DNA of 62,717 nucleotides, counting the filler, from Bonamia ostreae (Eukaryota): NCBI GenBank assembly GCA_040357525.1. It is 11 parts of 11 records of this genome, joined end to end, with 100 filler letters (N's around TTAATTAATTAA, not from the genome) between each part and the next. Parts side by side here need not be neighbours in the genome. Positions count along the whole stretch, not along the records: positions 11,524 to 17,177 come from JBDODL010000173.1; positions 17,278 to 22,919 come from JBDODL010000174.1; positions 23,020 to 28,638 come from JBDODL010000175.1; 8 more parts are not named here. One strand, written 5' to 3'. Shown here piece after piece: positions 11,636-23,494 of the stretch. Made by a program: the position numbers and the translations under genes. Positions within the stretch are counted from its first letter, which is position 1. Each line of letters opens with the position of its first letter. The notes below the pieces were generated by a model. It did no database searches. It worked only from the letters and a program-made list of their open reading frames with translations, and was not told where the DNA came from.

Positions 11636-12127
11636 TTACGTAAAATCTTTAACAACGAAAAAAAATTCAAAAACTTTAAAATTTATCTTTCGAATAAGAT
11701 CGGTATTTGAACGCAATCCTTCAAATGAACTGACGCCTCTGTGCTCGATATCCAATAAATCTGAATGGATTCTCTCCAATTTGTTCAATTTGTCTTTTTC
11801 CGAGTTTTCATTGTCCAAATATTTTTTCTCGTTTTTCGTTTCGAACTCTTTTTTGTTTTTTACGTACTTCCAAAGAGCGTAAATTCCTTCATAATTTTTC
11901 TTACATTCTTCGACTTGTTTTTTGTGCTGTTCGCGTTCGTTTTCTTTCAGTGATTCAAATTCAAAATCGATCACTTTTAATAACGTTTTGCTCTGGAGAT
12001 ACAATTTTTTAAATTCTTTTCTTTTCGACTTTGTTATTAGAAAGTTTTCGTCGCCTTCCGCTTTGCCGATTTGGTTTTTAGCTTTATCGCAGATGTCTTT
12101 GTGTTCTGATATGTAGTTTTCGATCAT
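11636..12127 (-). CDS. Probable Qb-SNARE (Vti1/NPSN-like), 3' end spliced or truncated
   Basis: Helical N-terminal domain followed by the SNARE-like heptad LERIHSDLLDIEHRGVSSFEGLRSNTDLIRKI. Confidence 0.45.
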   Translation of the reverse strand: MIENYISEHKDICDKAKNQIGKAEGDENFLITKSKRKEFKKLYLQSKTLLKVIDFEFESLKENEREQHKKQVEECKKNYEGIYALWKYVKNKKEFETKNEKKYLDNENSEKDKLNKLERIHSDLLDIEHRGVSSFEGLRSNTDLIRKINFKVFEFFFVVKDFT

Positions 12128-12700
12128 TTTTATTTTAAGCTTTTTGAGCTAAAGATCAATTAACGTTTTTTCATATGTTGTTGTTTTCATTTTTTTGACT
12201 GAAAAATGTTATATTTTTTGGAGATGTTGATATTTTCTCTCTTTTCTTAACCAGATTTCCCTTTTGCTTTTTAAATAACGATTTAATCAAAATCTCTCCA
12301 TTTTTCGTTTTATCCTTTATGTGCTTGTCGAACTCGATTCATAACAATTGATAAAAAATGGACACATTGTTTAAAGGTTCAAATACAGAATTGATAAAAC
12401 AGAAAATTTTTGCAAAGTCTATTAAATTGTCAAAACAATATTTTTAGTCTTTTCCAAAAATAAATTAAAAAGCCAAAATCCAAATATTTTTTTCTTAAAA
12501 ATCTTATATTACGAAAATAGCGTTCGATTTTTTTTAAACAATGGGCCTTTCCATTTAAAAAATCGATAAAATGATTGAATGTTGTTTTTATCAAAGACAG
12601 CAGAAAAATTAGTCCAATTTAGCATCCAACCAAAGAAGAAAATTATTCCAATGACATTTTTATATTTCAGATAATAATGGAAAAATTATCAATTGGAAAA

Positions 12701-12998
12701 TTAAAGTTTTCTGATTTTAATGGTCTTGTTGTTTTTTTCCGCGGCAAAATTTTGGCAGATATCAGAAATAACTAGTTTAATCGGATCTCTATACTTCATA
12801 TCGTTCGTCTTGAACATTGCAGTCTAAAATTTAATTTTTTTACTTTCAAATCGTTTGTTGTCTTGACTGAAAATTTTTTGGTTCTCGGCGTGTACTTTAC
12901 AACAAAGCGTGACTAAATTTGAAAAAATTTACTGTAAATGGCGTTTCTTTTATAATTTTGTCAGACCTTTCCACAAAATCATTCCACCTATTTTCCAT
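12701..12998 (-). CDS. SRP9: Signal recognition particle 9 kDa protein, 3 exons (absent from the ORF track)
   Basis: Two 20-nt GTAAA..AG introns removed give MENRWNDFVERSDKIIKETPFT|SRFVVKYTPRTKKFSVKTTNDLK|TAMFKTND..., matching the SRP9 pattern. Confidence 0.75.
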
Positions 12999-13102
12999 TC
13001 GACAAAGATTCAATTATAGAATTTTTATGTAATTAAAATCTAATTTAGACAGATAACTTTATTGTGGTCTATTATACAAAAATTATTCTTTTGAGCTTTA
13101 AT

Positions 13103-13753
13103 ATGTCGTCCATCGAATCTTCGGATGATATGAAGCTGAGAGAAGATGCCAAATTAGTGAACAATTTGGCTTATATCGACGACGAGATCGACGCCGCAAC
13201 GAAAGAGAAGATCAACGAACTGATCATAAAAGAAATGTCTGACATGCCCAAAAACAACTACAAAACAAAATCCTTTTATTTTGACGAAAACGTTTTCTTA
13301 AACAAAAACAAGAAAACGCTTTTTCTGAATTCGGAAATGAAAAGAATTGAGAAAAGACAAAAACTAAATGGAATCAACGACAAAATCTACCAAAATAAAC
13401 CTCCGACCGGAAACAGCTTAAAACAATGGAAAAACTCTCTAAACAATTTAGGGGCAAGAATTGAAGAAATCGAGAAACAATTCGAACATCTCGAGCTCCT
13501 AAAAAAATTCGGTCCCAATTTGTGGAAAAATCACGCAGAAAAAATGGAAATGGAATTGGATAGTCTGAAAAGTCACGAGAAAAATGTTGATTTTGAAATA
13601 TCCAAAATCAACCGGAAAAGAAAAACAGAGCAAGAATCCGCACAAACCGCTTTGTCGAGTTTGTCGGAGCGCTGGTGGAAACTGGTTAGGAAAAACAACG
13701 AAATCGAAACAGCTTGCAAAGTTTTGGAAATGAGAATAAAGAGACGAAAATAA
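13103..13753 (+). CDS. BCAS2: Pre-mRNA splicing factor SPF27/BCAS2
   Basis: LAYIDDEID...INELIIKEM, LELLKKFGPNLWK, INRKRKTEQ and W..LV.KN.EIETAC. Confidence 0.88.
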   Translation: MSSIESSDDMKLREDAKLVNNLAYIDDEIDAATKEKINELIIKEMSDMPKNNYKTKSFYFDENVFLNKNKKTLFLNSEMKRIEKRQKLNGINDKIYQNKPPTGNSLKQWKNSLNNLGARIEEIEKQFEHLELLKKFGPNLWKNHAEKMEMELDSLKSHEKNVDFEISKINRKRKTEQESAQTALSSLSERWWKLVRKNNEIETACKVLEMRIKRRK

Positions 13754-13771
13754 ACATTTTATTTGTTTTCG

Positions 13772-14890
13772 CTAATCCAATTTTGAGCTCAAAACTACAA
13801 AATTTTTGTACAAAAAATAAGAGCCGATAACGCCAAAAAGATAGCTCGCAAACAAAACTAAATTATAGAACAAAACTTCTTCTTTTCGAGGGCGAATTTT
13901 CGCTAAAAATCCAGCCGAAATCTGGAAAGCCGATAAAATTGCAAATGGAATGGCTGACGATGCAAGCCCAAATATTCCCTTTAGCATTTAACAGTTTTAA
14001 AACGCGTTATCAGAAAAGTCGTCGATTCAAATAAACCGAAAATAAATGAATAAGACCATTGCACAACTTAAAATTTTATAAAAAAAACTTAAAATACTTA
14101 AAGTCTGTTTTAAGCTTTTCTTTTCAATAAAAAAATGCCAAAATAATAAGTGCAAATGAGCTTATTTTTTAATGTATAATTTTATCAAAAACGGATTTCT
14201 AAAATTCATATAAATAAATGTCGATTTTTATATTGGCGGAACGAGAAAAATTTTAACAAACATGAACAAAATAGCAACGAAGAAATGGTCGTTGTTTTCA
14301 GAACAGAGAATTTTGCTATTGCGAGCGAAGTGCAGATAACAGATCTGTAAATCAGTTCTTCGAAAATGGGCGCCTAAAAATTGTTTGATAAACTAGAAGA
14401 ACTGATTTGATGAAAATTGGGTTGACCAAAGATCGCCCTTTTGTGATAAAAGCGCTCGTAAAATCGTTTTCGTGAAGAGCGAGTCTAAATTCTTCTTTAG
14501 AGCGCATTTTGGCTTCAATTAAAACAATAAAGCTGTGAGTTTGGTGTCCAAAGAAGAAGAAAGTTGTTATAAAGCCAATTTTTAGCGAATCGATTAAAGC
14601 TGTTCTGTTTATAGAAAATCCGATCATGCTTAAAAATGGCGATTTTCGAAATGAGTTCGACTCGGATATGGTCAAATAACGTTTGAGGGCTAAAAGGGAA
14701 AGAAAAGACGTAAACGAAATCGAAAAAGATCGTCTTAAAATAACATGTTTGTTGTTCCTGTCCTTATTCTCGAAGCCGAGAATATCCCAAACTAAACTTT
14801 AATGTAATAATTACTGTAAATGCTACTGATAAATAAGGCAACGTAAACAGTGCAAAGCAGCAATGCAACTGTTTTTAAATTATAGTCCAT
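13772..14890 (-). CDS. Hypothetical multi-pass membrane protein, multi-exon
   Basis: Hydrophobic ORF fragments on the minus strand; exon structure not resolved. Confidence 0.35.
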
Positions 14891-14985
14891 TTTGGGAGAA
14901 ATATGGCTATTTTTATTTTATCGGAAACGTTAAAACAATTTAGCATTAATTTTATTGTGCTTTCATAAATCAAGTTTTAGAAAAA

Positions 14986-17177
14986 ATGGACAAAACTGAA
15001 GACGTCGTGATTACAGAAGAAAGCGATGTGATCTTGCCGCCGCCAGACCTGAAACGTTTTTTTCTCATGTGAAGCAATTATTGTTACAACTGCTCAATAC
15101 GTCGCCAAAAGAGGCGCAGGTTTGGAAAGACAGATTTCGAAGCGCCAATCCTCCAATCCTAAATTTGATTTTTTGAAGTCAGCCAACCCTTACAACGCCT
15201 TTTACAAAAAAGAAGTGAAACGCATTCAAGACGAAATTAAATCAAAAGAAGAACAGACCGAAGAGAAAAAAGAGGAGTCGGTCAAAAAAGAAGACGCGGA
15301 AGAACCAAAAACTTTAATCAACGCAGAAAACCCGCCAGATAAACTGAAAGGAGAAACAACTGAAATTGACGACAACAAAACGAAGATCGAATTGTCGGAA
15401 GAAAAAGACATAAAGAAACCGGAAGAAAAAGAAAAAAAGGGTTCCGACGAATCGTCGGAAGAACCAGAAAAAGAGAAAAAGACTCTTTTGGAAAGAATTA
15501 AAGATTTGATCGATCAAGAAATGACGCCAAAATCGGAATTTGTGAAAGAAGACAAAACTTTTAATTTTGACGTGAAGCCATCTCCGGAAGTAGTGGCATT
15601 GGATGTGGAGATAATAAAGCTTACTGCCCAATTTGTCGCTGCGAACGGCCGGTCTTTCTTGGCAACTGTGTCGAACAGAGAACAGAAAAACCCCCAATTC
15701 GCATTTCTGAAACCGACAAATGCGTCACTGTTTCTCTATTTCAGTGATCTGGTCCAAGCATATCAACGCATTCTGAATCCATCAAAGGAAACACTTTCTG
15801 AGCTTAAAAGCGTATTTATTAAAATAACAAAAAATAACAATTTGAAAATTGATAAAACAATTTGTCAATTTGAAAAAATGTCAAAAAATGTCAATTTGAC
15901 AAAACTACAAAAAATGTCAATTTGTAAAAACTACAAAAAATGACAATTTTAAAATAACAAAAAATGTCAATTTGTCAAAACTACAAAAAATGACAATTTT
16001 AAAATAACAAAAAATGTCAATTTGACAAAACGACAAAAAATGATAATTTTAAAATAACAAAAAAAATGTCAATTTGACAAAACTACAAAAAATGTCTATT
16101 TGAATAATAACAAAAAATGTCAATTTGAAAAATAGCAAAAAATGTCTATTTGACTAAAAAACAATTTTAAAGGAAAGCAAAGACGAAAAATTGGTCTTCG
16201 ATAAATTGCTTGGATTGGCAGAATTCATTCAAAGAACGCGAAAACACGAAGATTTGAACAGAAAAAACAAAGAAGATGAAAAACGCGAAATGGCGTTGAT
16301 CGATTGGCATTCGTTCATTATTCTGGAAACTATTGATTACAAAGATGGCGACGACGATTTTCTCCCGCCGCCTTGTTCTAAACTACACTTTTTTCGAAAA
16401 ATTAAAATTTTTTTCCGTTCGCCGAAAAAATAGCATTTCGTAGGAAAATTTTTGCCTTTTTAAAAATAACATTTTGGATAAAAAGCGATGACGATCGACG
16501 AAATAAACGAACATTTGGAAGCCGAAAAACGATTAAACGAAAATATTGATAAAGTCGGAGCAAAGATAATCGACGAAGGATTGTCCGATAAAAACACCAC
16601 AGACAAAAACAGAACCGAGGAAGACTCCGTTGCGCTGGAAACAGTTCCTTCCATGCGAACAAATTTTACGAAAACAGCGAATCCGCCCGCTCCAATTTCC
16701 AGAAAACAATCAGTTTAAATTTCAAAAATTGAAGTCCGTCGAAGTTCAAAGATGCGTCGTCTGCAACAAGAACATTCCAGTTTCGGAAATAGAAGAACAC
16801 ATTCGAATCGAACTTTTGGACCCGAAATGGAGAGAACAGCGATTGATAGCGCAATCGAAGAAACGAAAGAGCACTTTGGCTGGACCGGGAGAAATGAGCA
16901 GAAATTTGAAAGAGTTCGTCGGAGTCAGAAAGCGCCCTTTTGCTCGACCAGAAGAACGAGTAAACGAAGACGTCATTTGGAACGGAAACGCCAAATCCGC
17001 CGAAACTTCCAAAATCGGTCCGGACAAATTTGGAGTTAAAGCTTCTGTTGTCGAGCAAAATCGCAATGACGAATCGGTTTTTTTAAATCGAAAAAAAGCT
17101 AATTGATGTGGCAAGAGAAAACGTTCAGCGACAAACAATCGATAATAATTTTGCAAATCAAATGGCAATGGCGTCAA
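14986..17177 (+). CDS. SF3A1: Splicing factor 3A subunit 1 (Prp21), 3' truncated
   Basis: Two SURP domains: PPPDLKPIIVTTAQYVAKRG (after 19-nt intron 15056-15074) and IIKLTAQFVAANGRSF...NPQFAFLKP. Also IDWHSF and EHIRIELLDPKWREQR. Confidence 0.93.
15815..16165. repeat. Intronic minisatellite (aaaaaatgtcaatttgacaaaactac-like units)
   Basis: Repeated units inside the long SF3A1 intron. Confidence 0.85.
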
Positions 17178-17740
17178 NNNNNNNNNNNNNNNNNNNNNNN
17201 NNNNNNNNNNNNNNNNNNNNNTTAATTAATTAANNNNNNNNNNNNNNNNNNNNNNNNNNNNNNNNNNNNNNNNNNNNGTGTATATCTTGGAATTCTTTTT
17301 TTCATTGTATCCAATAGCTCCCCAGTCGTGTTTGATATTCCTCTCATCTATCTGGACCATCTTGTTTTTCGGCCCGAAAAAGAATTTGCACGGAAAGCAA
17401 AAATTAAAAGGAAGAAAATCACCTTGAAAATCCCAATTTTAGAAAATCACAATAAGAGATTAAAAATTATAGCAAATTCCGGTACATCACCTTGAAACGT
17501 TTAAAATGCTAAAACGTTATATCTTCGAAAAAGAAGCGTCGACATACCCACAAAAGATGAAACTGAAAGTGGAGAGATTTGATTAAATCTTAAATTATTT
17601 GAAAATGCTCTTTTATTTATTTTCTTCTTCATCTTTTCACGGGTTTAGCTTCGACATCGAACATTTTTAATTTCTCTTTTTCTAATCAAATTGTTTTATT
17701 ATAAGTCTATATTTTATTATAAGTCTATAATAATTCTGAA

Positions 17741-18397
17741 ATGTCTATGTTCGAAATAAATTTCTGCAATGACTTGCGCGATATAGGAGTCTTGGAGAAC
17801 GAAAACCAGTTCGAGCAGAAAGCTCGTCTTTTTTCGATCATCGCTTCTATCGAAGAGCTGGAACGTCTTTGGGTTGGAGATTCGATCAGCGACAAAGACT
17901 ACACAAACGATTGCTCTGTGTTGATACAAAAGTTCAAAATTTTGTACCCGTCGCTGGAGGCCACTGTGCCCACAGTAGCTACTTTTATGCGGCGTTACGG
18001 CACCAATGCGGACATGGCGGTAAACCGCTGCAGAGAAGGCGCTCCCGCGACCGGATCGATCTCGAATTCCGTAAAGAAAAAAGGGACTCTGATCATTTTC
18101 GAAACAGTGCACAATTTTATTACGGTTATGGATGCCATCAAGCTGGACATGCGGGCTGTGGATGAAATCTATCCAAGCATCAATCTCTTGAAAGAAAGTT
18201 TGGAGAAGGAAAAAGGCATTTTGCCCAAAAAGGAGATGGGCAAAATTTTGGACTGGTTTTAACGTTTACGTTTTAGGGTGGACAAAATAAAATCGATGAA
18301 GGCGACGGAAACGATTTCGGAAGAGGATAGTCGGCAACTTCTCTTCGACTTAGAAAACGCTTATAATCTTTTGCATAAAAGTTTGAAGGAAAATTAA
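17741..18397 (+). CDS. VPS28: ESCRT-I subunit Vps28
   Basis: LFSIIASIEELER, FITVMDAIKL..AVDEIYP, and SRQLLFDLENAY after the 21-nt intron 18256-18276. Confidence 0.92.
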
Positions 18398-18652
18398 AAT
18401 GTCGCGGATTAAATTTTTAAATATTTCTGCGATACTTTAATTCCTCTTTTAAATATTCACCGGAACTTCGAACGATCTTTTTCCCATTAAAATCTTATTT
18501 GGAAATCGCTAAAATGCTTGAACGACGAGAAGCGCAACATATTCAATTTTGACCTTCATTGGTTAAAATACGTGTAAAGTTGATAAGAATAAAACGCCAT
18601 CTCCCGATATATTATTACAAACATACGATATAAATATATTTCTTGAGCTTAA

Positions 18653-19601
18653 ATGTCAACAAACAGAAATAGTAAACTTAAACATCCAGAAGAAAAAACT
18701 GTTTTAAAGTTTCAATAATTAGTATGCGCAAAATATTGTCTCCGTGAAGCGGCAGAAGAGAAGATGGGAAGCCATTAGAAAAGTTGCGGCCAACAAGAAA
18801 TTGGACGCCGAAGAAGAAATGAGTTCGTTTTCGGAAGAAAACGATTTCGAGCCATTTAATTTGAACGAAGAACGTGAAGGTAAATATAAAATTACTCAAG
18901 GCGGCTATTTTGACCAAGGAGGGAATTACTATAAAAATAAAGATAGTGAAAGCGATCCTTGGCTAGACGAACTAAGCGAAATGGGATCGAAAGCAGTTCA
19001 CAATAGATCGAAAGACATCCCGATTAAGGAAGTCAAGGAAAGGCCTCTTACCAACTCTGAAGTAGCCACGATAAGGGAAAAGATTGCAAGCAAAATGGAG
19101 GAATACGAAAGAGTTAATTCCTATCTTGCGAGATTATCGAAATTTGGCTCTAAAACACAACTTGAAGATCTAATGTCAGACCTGGACACCGTTTCTATAA
19201 AATACGGCGATTTAGAGGTCTACAATCGTACTCGCGAAGAAATGCTGGAAAAGGCGATAAAGGAAAAAGAATTAGATAAGAAGGAGAAAAAACCAAACCA
19301 ACCCAAAGAAAATTCGAACAAACAAATCGAAATTGCGAATGAAATGCCTGAAACTCCAAATTCAAAATATTTAGAAAAAATAGCGTCGGAATTATCTCTG
19401 GACGATAAAGTTTGGGAATTTGAATGGATCGGAGACTTTTCAAGTACTGTCGAAGGTCCATTCTCAATGAAACAACTAGAAGAGTGGAATAGCAAAGGAA
19501 GTTTTAGCGTTAAACCCATTCGCATCCGCCGAAAAAATCGCAAAGAATGGCTTCATTCTGAAAATATAAACAGACTTGTCGAAATATGCAGGGAAAAGTA
19601 A
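18653..19601 (+). CDS. CD2BP2: U5 snRNP 52K / CD2BP2 / Lin1 (GYF domain)
   Basis: FEPFNLNEER..GYFDQGGNY..KD..DPWLD, and a C-terminal GYF-like WEFEW...EGPFS..QLEEW..GSF. A 22-nt intron lies near the start. Confidence 0.82.
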
Positions 19602-19715
19602 ATTTTTAAAATCGCGAATTTTGTTTAAATACGCTTTGAAGAGAAAGTTAAATTTAAACGCGAAAAATAAACGGCACAATAAAATTGGAAGCAAGTTAAA
19701 CAGTCATTATATTCA

Positions 19716-21532
19716 TCATCGGTTCAATTGCGAGAGAATGCTCATCACTGTTCCCACTATGGCAGCAAACACGCCGAAAACAACAGAAAAAATCGGGAGG
19801 AAAAAGCTGAATATGAATTTGGAGAACGACCTGAGATTTGATCTCATGTGCTTTTTGAAATTCCCTGTCATCATCATAAAACAAATCGGCGGAAAAATAT
19901 AGATCAGCGGAGCCGCTAAAAACGATCCAATAACTGAATAGACAACAATAATTTTGTCCACGAATAGACCGAATATAAGGACCAGCAAAAACATTATTAC
20001 CGTTGCAGGGTAGTACAATTTGGCCGGAGGGTGGATCAAATTATACTTCTTTTTTGTTTTTTTCGATATCAGAATCATTATCATTATAAGAATGTTTCGT
20101 TTTGCGAAGAAATGCATCATCGGAAAAGTCAGCATTATGGTGACGCACAGTGCAATCCGACCCACATTTACAACTAGAATTTTTAATGAAACCATAGTCG
20201 ACTTCGCCAGTGTTAACGAAGTAGCGCAACCGCATTTTGTCGAAAACGGTTTCCCCGATAAGGTCCCTTTGTCCATAGTAGCCTGAAAACGCGACGGCCA
20301 TGCAAAGTATGTATACTGTGGGCATACCCAAGGTCTGCACTATTCGCCAATTTTTCAGATTTCTTTTCAACATCGCGTTGATGATAGAATACTGCGCCTG
20401 CTGGATAATGAACGCAGAAAAATAAATTCCAAGAACGCCCAACTTATCGAAAAGAGTTGATTTGTATGGAACAGCGCCGATTAAGCTGTACAAGACGAAC
20501 AGACTTTGCGCGTGTGCTTGGCCAACTACTTCGACAAAGGTTCGAGGAACTGGGTAGATCAATGGAACGGTGGGATGTTCGACAACCGGCGGTACTGCGA
20601 TGTTTGCCAATCTGGGGAGGAGTTTATTTACGTCTACATTTGTACAATCATCAAAGGCTGAGCGCATCGTGTTGTACATTATAGCGATGTTTGTAGCTCT
20701 GTGAATGCGAAATCGCTTGTCATTTTCGTCACTGTAGATACTCTTGCCATCAGTGACCTTTTCGCAAAGCCATTGCATGCGTTCGATGTTCAGTTTCAAT
20801 TCGTTTTGCATCATCTTATTCGGCGTCAAGTCATTCATCTAGAATTTTTACAGAAAACGAGTTTATTGTATTCTGGAGATTTGACGATTATTATCACGAG
20901 AAACGTAACCACCAGTGCAGACGACAACATAGAAGTGTATCCTAATATCGTTATGTCTCTAGGAATGCACAGCAAGAAAACGGGCACGACTATTGCCAGC
21001 AGCACCAACTTGTCGTAAATGAAAACTTTGTTGGTAAAGTCCTCAATCAGCGATTTGGTACTTCGGCGGAGGATAATTAGATAAATCGACATGGCGAAGA
21101 ACATCATAAGAAATATTAAAATTGTGATGATGTACTGAGACCAAGGGCCTATTGTGAGAATAGCGACTTCTGCGTATGATTGGGGATCTCCCTTTTTCTT
21201 CTTTTCCAGGTATTCGGAAGTTCTGACCAAGATGTCGCTGGTGAAGTAGATCAAAACACAGCAAAAAATTGAGGCCGCAACAGAAAAAGGGATTCCCCCA
21301 AGTTTGAGTGTTATAGGAAGAGCTACAATCCCTGCGCCTATGAGCGAGTTAACATAGTTTGCGTAGCAACTTTAAATTTGTTTTAAAACTTTAAGATATT
21401 CAGGAAATATTGCATTCGAGTTGGATTACTCAAGTTATCAGATTTCGAGTTTTCTTCTAAACTTGGGTTTGAATCTTCTTCAGAATTATCTGCCTGGGAA
21501 GAGCCATTTTTGTATCTCGCGTTAGTATCCAT
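19716..21532 (-). CDS. Amino-acid transporter (Aa_trans/SLC38-like), 4 exons
   Basis: NSLIGAGIVALP, SYAEVA, LTFPM and IYIFPPICF, with many TM helices. Introns 20839-20858, 20174-20192 and about 21370-21389 repair the frame. Confidence 0.85.
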
Positions 21533-21828
21533 GAATATTTGTTTTCTAAATTGTATATGAATAATTGCTTTCAATCGGTTTGGCGAACAATAGGAATTTT
21601 GCGTGAAGTTTAATTCTTAGTTTCACTTAAATTAATTATAAATATTTTATGTTATTCGATGTGTTTTATTTATTGTCCCAAGTCAAAAATCTTTGAAAAA
21701 ACAAAGTTTCGCTACTAAAGAAGTCACATATATGGAAGCAACAGACATCGAATAAAGAAACAACGGAAACAATGAACAAAAGAAGAAAAGAGGACAATGC
21801 CACGGAAGAAAAAATTATTTTTTCTCGT

Positions 21829-22770
21829 TTAATTCATTAAACCCCTTTCTAACAAGACCTCAATGTCGATTTCAAGCGAAGACACCAACAACCCGTTCGA
21901 CGGAATCGACTCGGAAAAACTTTCACTTACTTCAGGGTGGATCAGTCCCTGTTATTGCAAACATGATAATCAAAACAAGATTGCCGATAACGACATCGTC
22001 TCGTCCCTTTTCGGACAGAACAATGTCCGCTTGTCTGCCCGGGAAAAAACTTTTGAGAGCGGATTCCTCCAAACGATATCCGAATCCGGAATCGCTCAGG
22101 TCACTTCCGAAGCTCGCGCCGCAGCTCAGCATCAATCGGTCTAACAAACCTTTTGTCAGACTTTCGAAAACCATTTAAAATTTCGAAGCTCTCCGTTGAC
22201 TTTCCCATGTACAGAGCGCACAAATGGCGTCTGTTGACGGCGCCAGAACCGTGCTGGCCGTTATAAAGTCGGTCCTCTTTCCGAAGGGCGCTGTTCTTTC
22301 TAAGGACGACATCGCCGACTTCGAAGATTCTGATCGGTAAACTCGTCTGGCCCAAATTGTGTGCGGCAGACTTGAGCACCCCCTTCAATGTCAAAATAAG
22401 TCTTGGTACTCAAAACCGGTAACAACAGAGTTCTGCAAATTTCAAGTTCTTTTGTCTTCGGCTTGAGCACTTCGACATAATCTTCGGAACTGCACTGTTT
22501 GTTGAGACGGACAAAGTTGTCTTCGATGGAAGTCAAAATCCACGTCAAAACCTCCGTGTAACCGCATTGTGCAGCGACGGATCTAAGTTTGTTGGAAAAC
22601 GCGTTTATCGGTTGTTGTTTTCCGGTTGTCAAGCTTTTCGGGAGAGTTTTAGGGATGTTGTTGTAGCCGATTGCGATCGCGACGTCTTCGAGCACATCGC
22701 AATTATGCAGAATGTCGGCTCTTGTCGCTGGAATCGAAACAGTTATCGATTCGTCTTTTTAAAATTTACT
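21829..22770 (-). CDS. FARSB: Phenylalanyl-tRNA synthetase beta subunit, C-terminal part, 5' truncated
   Basis: PATRADILH.CDVLEDVAIAIGYNNI, KPKTKELEICRTLLLP, LPIRIFEVGDVV, SFFPGRQA and GLIHPEV. Confidence 0.92.
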
Positions 22771-23411
22771 TGTTGCTATTCTCATTTTTTGTCTCGAAGA
22801 TCAATTTATATAAAATCATTTTGTAAAATCTTCGACAAAATCGTTAATATGAAATCAATTTTTTTAAAATCATTTTGTAAAATCTTCGACAAAATCGTTA
22901 ATATGAAATCAATTTTTTTNNNNNNNNNNNNNNNNNNNNNNNNNNNNNNNNNNNNNNNNNNNNTTAATTAATTAANNNNNNNNNNNNNNNNNNNNNNNNN
23001 NNNNNNNNNNNNNNNNNNNGTTGGTAAATTAGACCCGGCACTCACATCAAAATATTATAAACAAAAATTGTAAGATTTTTCGTTTTGTACCGAAGCAACG
23101 GTCCCAATGTACACACCAAAATATTAAAAACCTTTGATGTAGAATAAAAAAGATTTTATTTGGACGAATTCATGTGGAAATCAAGATATAAACACAATAA
23201 TAATTATTTTTTTAAATTTAAAATTAGTTCGTTTTTACAAAAATCTTTATTTTTAAATTTAAAAATCAGAACGGTTTTAAAAATCAATTTTGCCTTATCA
23301 GAACAGAGAATATGATGTTACAACATGGAAAGATAAATCGAACAAACCGAAAATAAAATATAAATGGTACGTTGGGGCTATTCTTCAAAGTGTAGATAAT
23401 TATTAAAGATT

Positions 23412-23477
23412 AACTCTTCAGAAGCTGACTTTAGAATCATCGTTCATTCCGCCCGTCAGCAAATCATCATCAGAATT
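23412..23477 (-). ncRNA. Box C/D snoRNA, U43/snR70-like, just downstream of the PES1 stop codon
   Basis: Box C ATGATGA (23464-23470), guide GACGGGCGG complementary to conserved SSU rRNA CCGCCCGUC, D' ATGA, C' CGATGA, box D CTGA (23418-23421), terminal stem AATTCT/AGAGTT. Confidence 0.85.
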
Positions 23478-23494
23478 TTAAAACATGTAAAAAT

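Noticed and set aside
23300-23345. ACAGAGA as a U6 snRNA box
   Set aside because: There is no following AGC triad or internal stem-loop, and no other U6 similarity.
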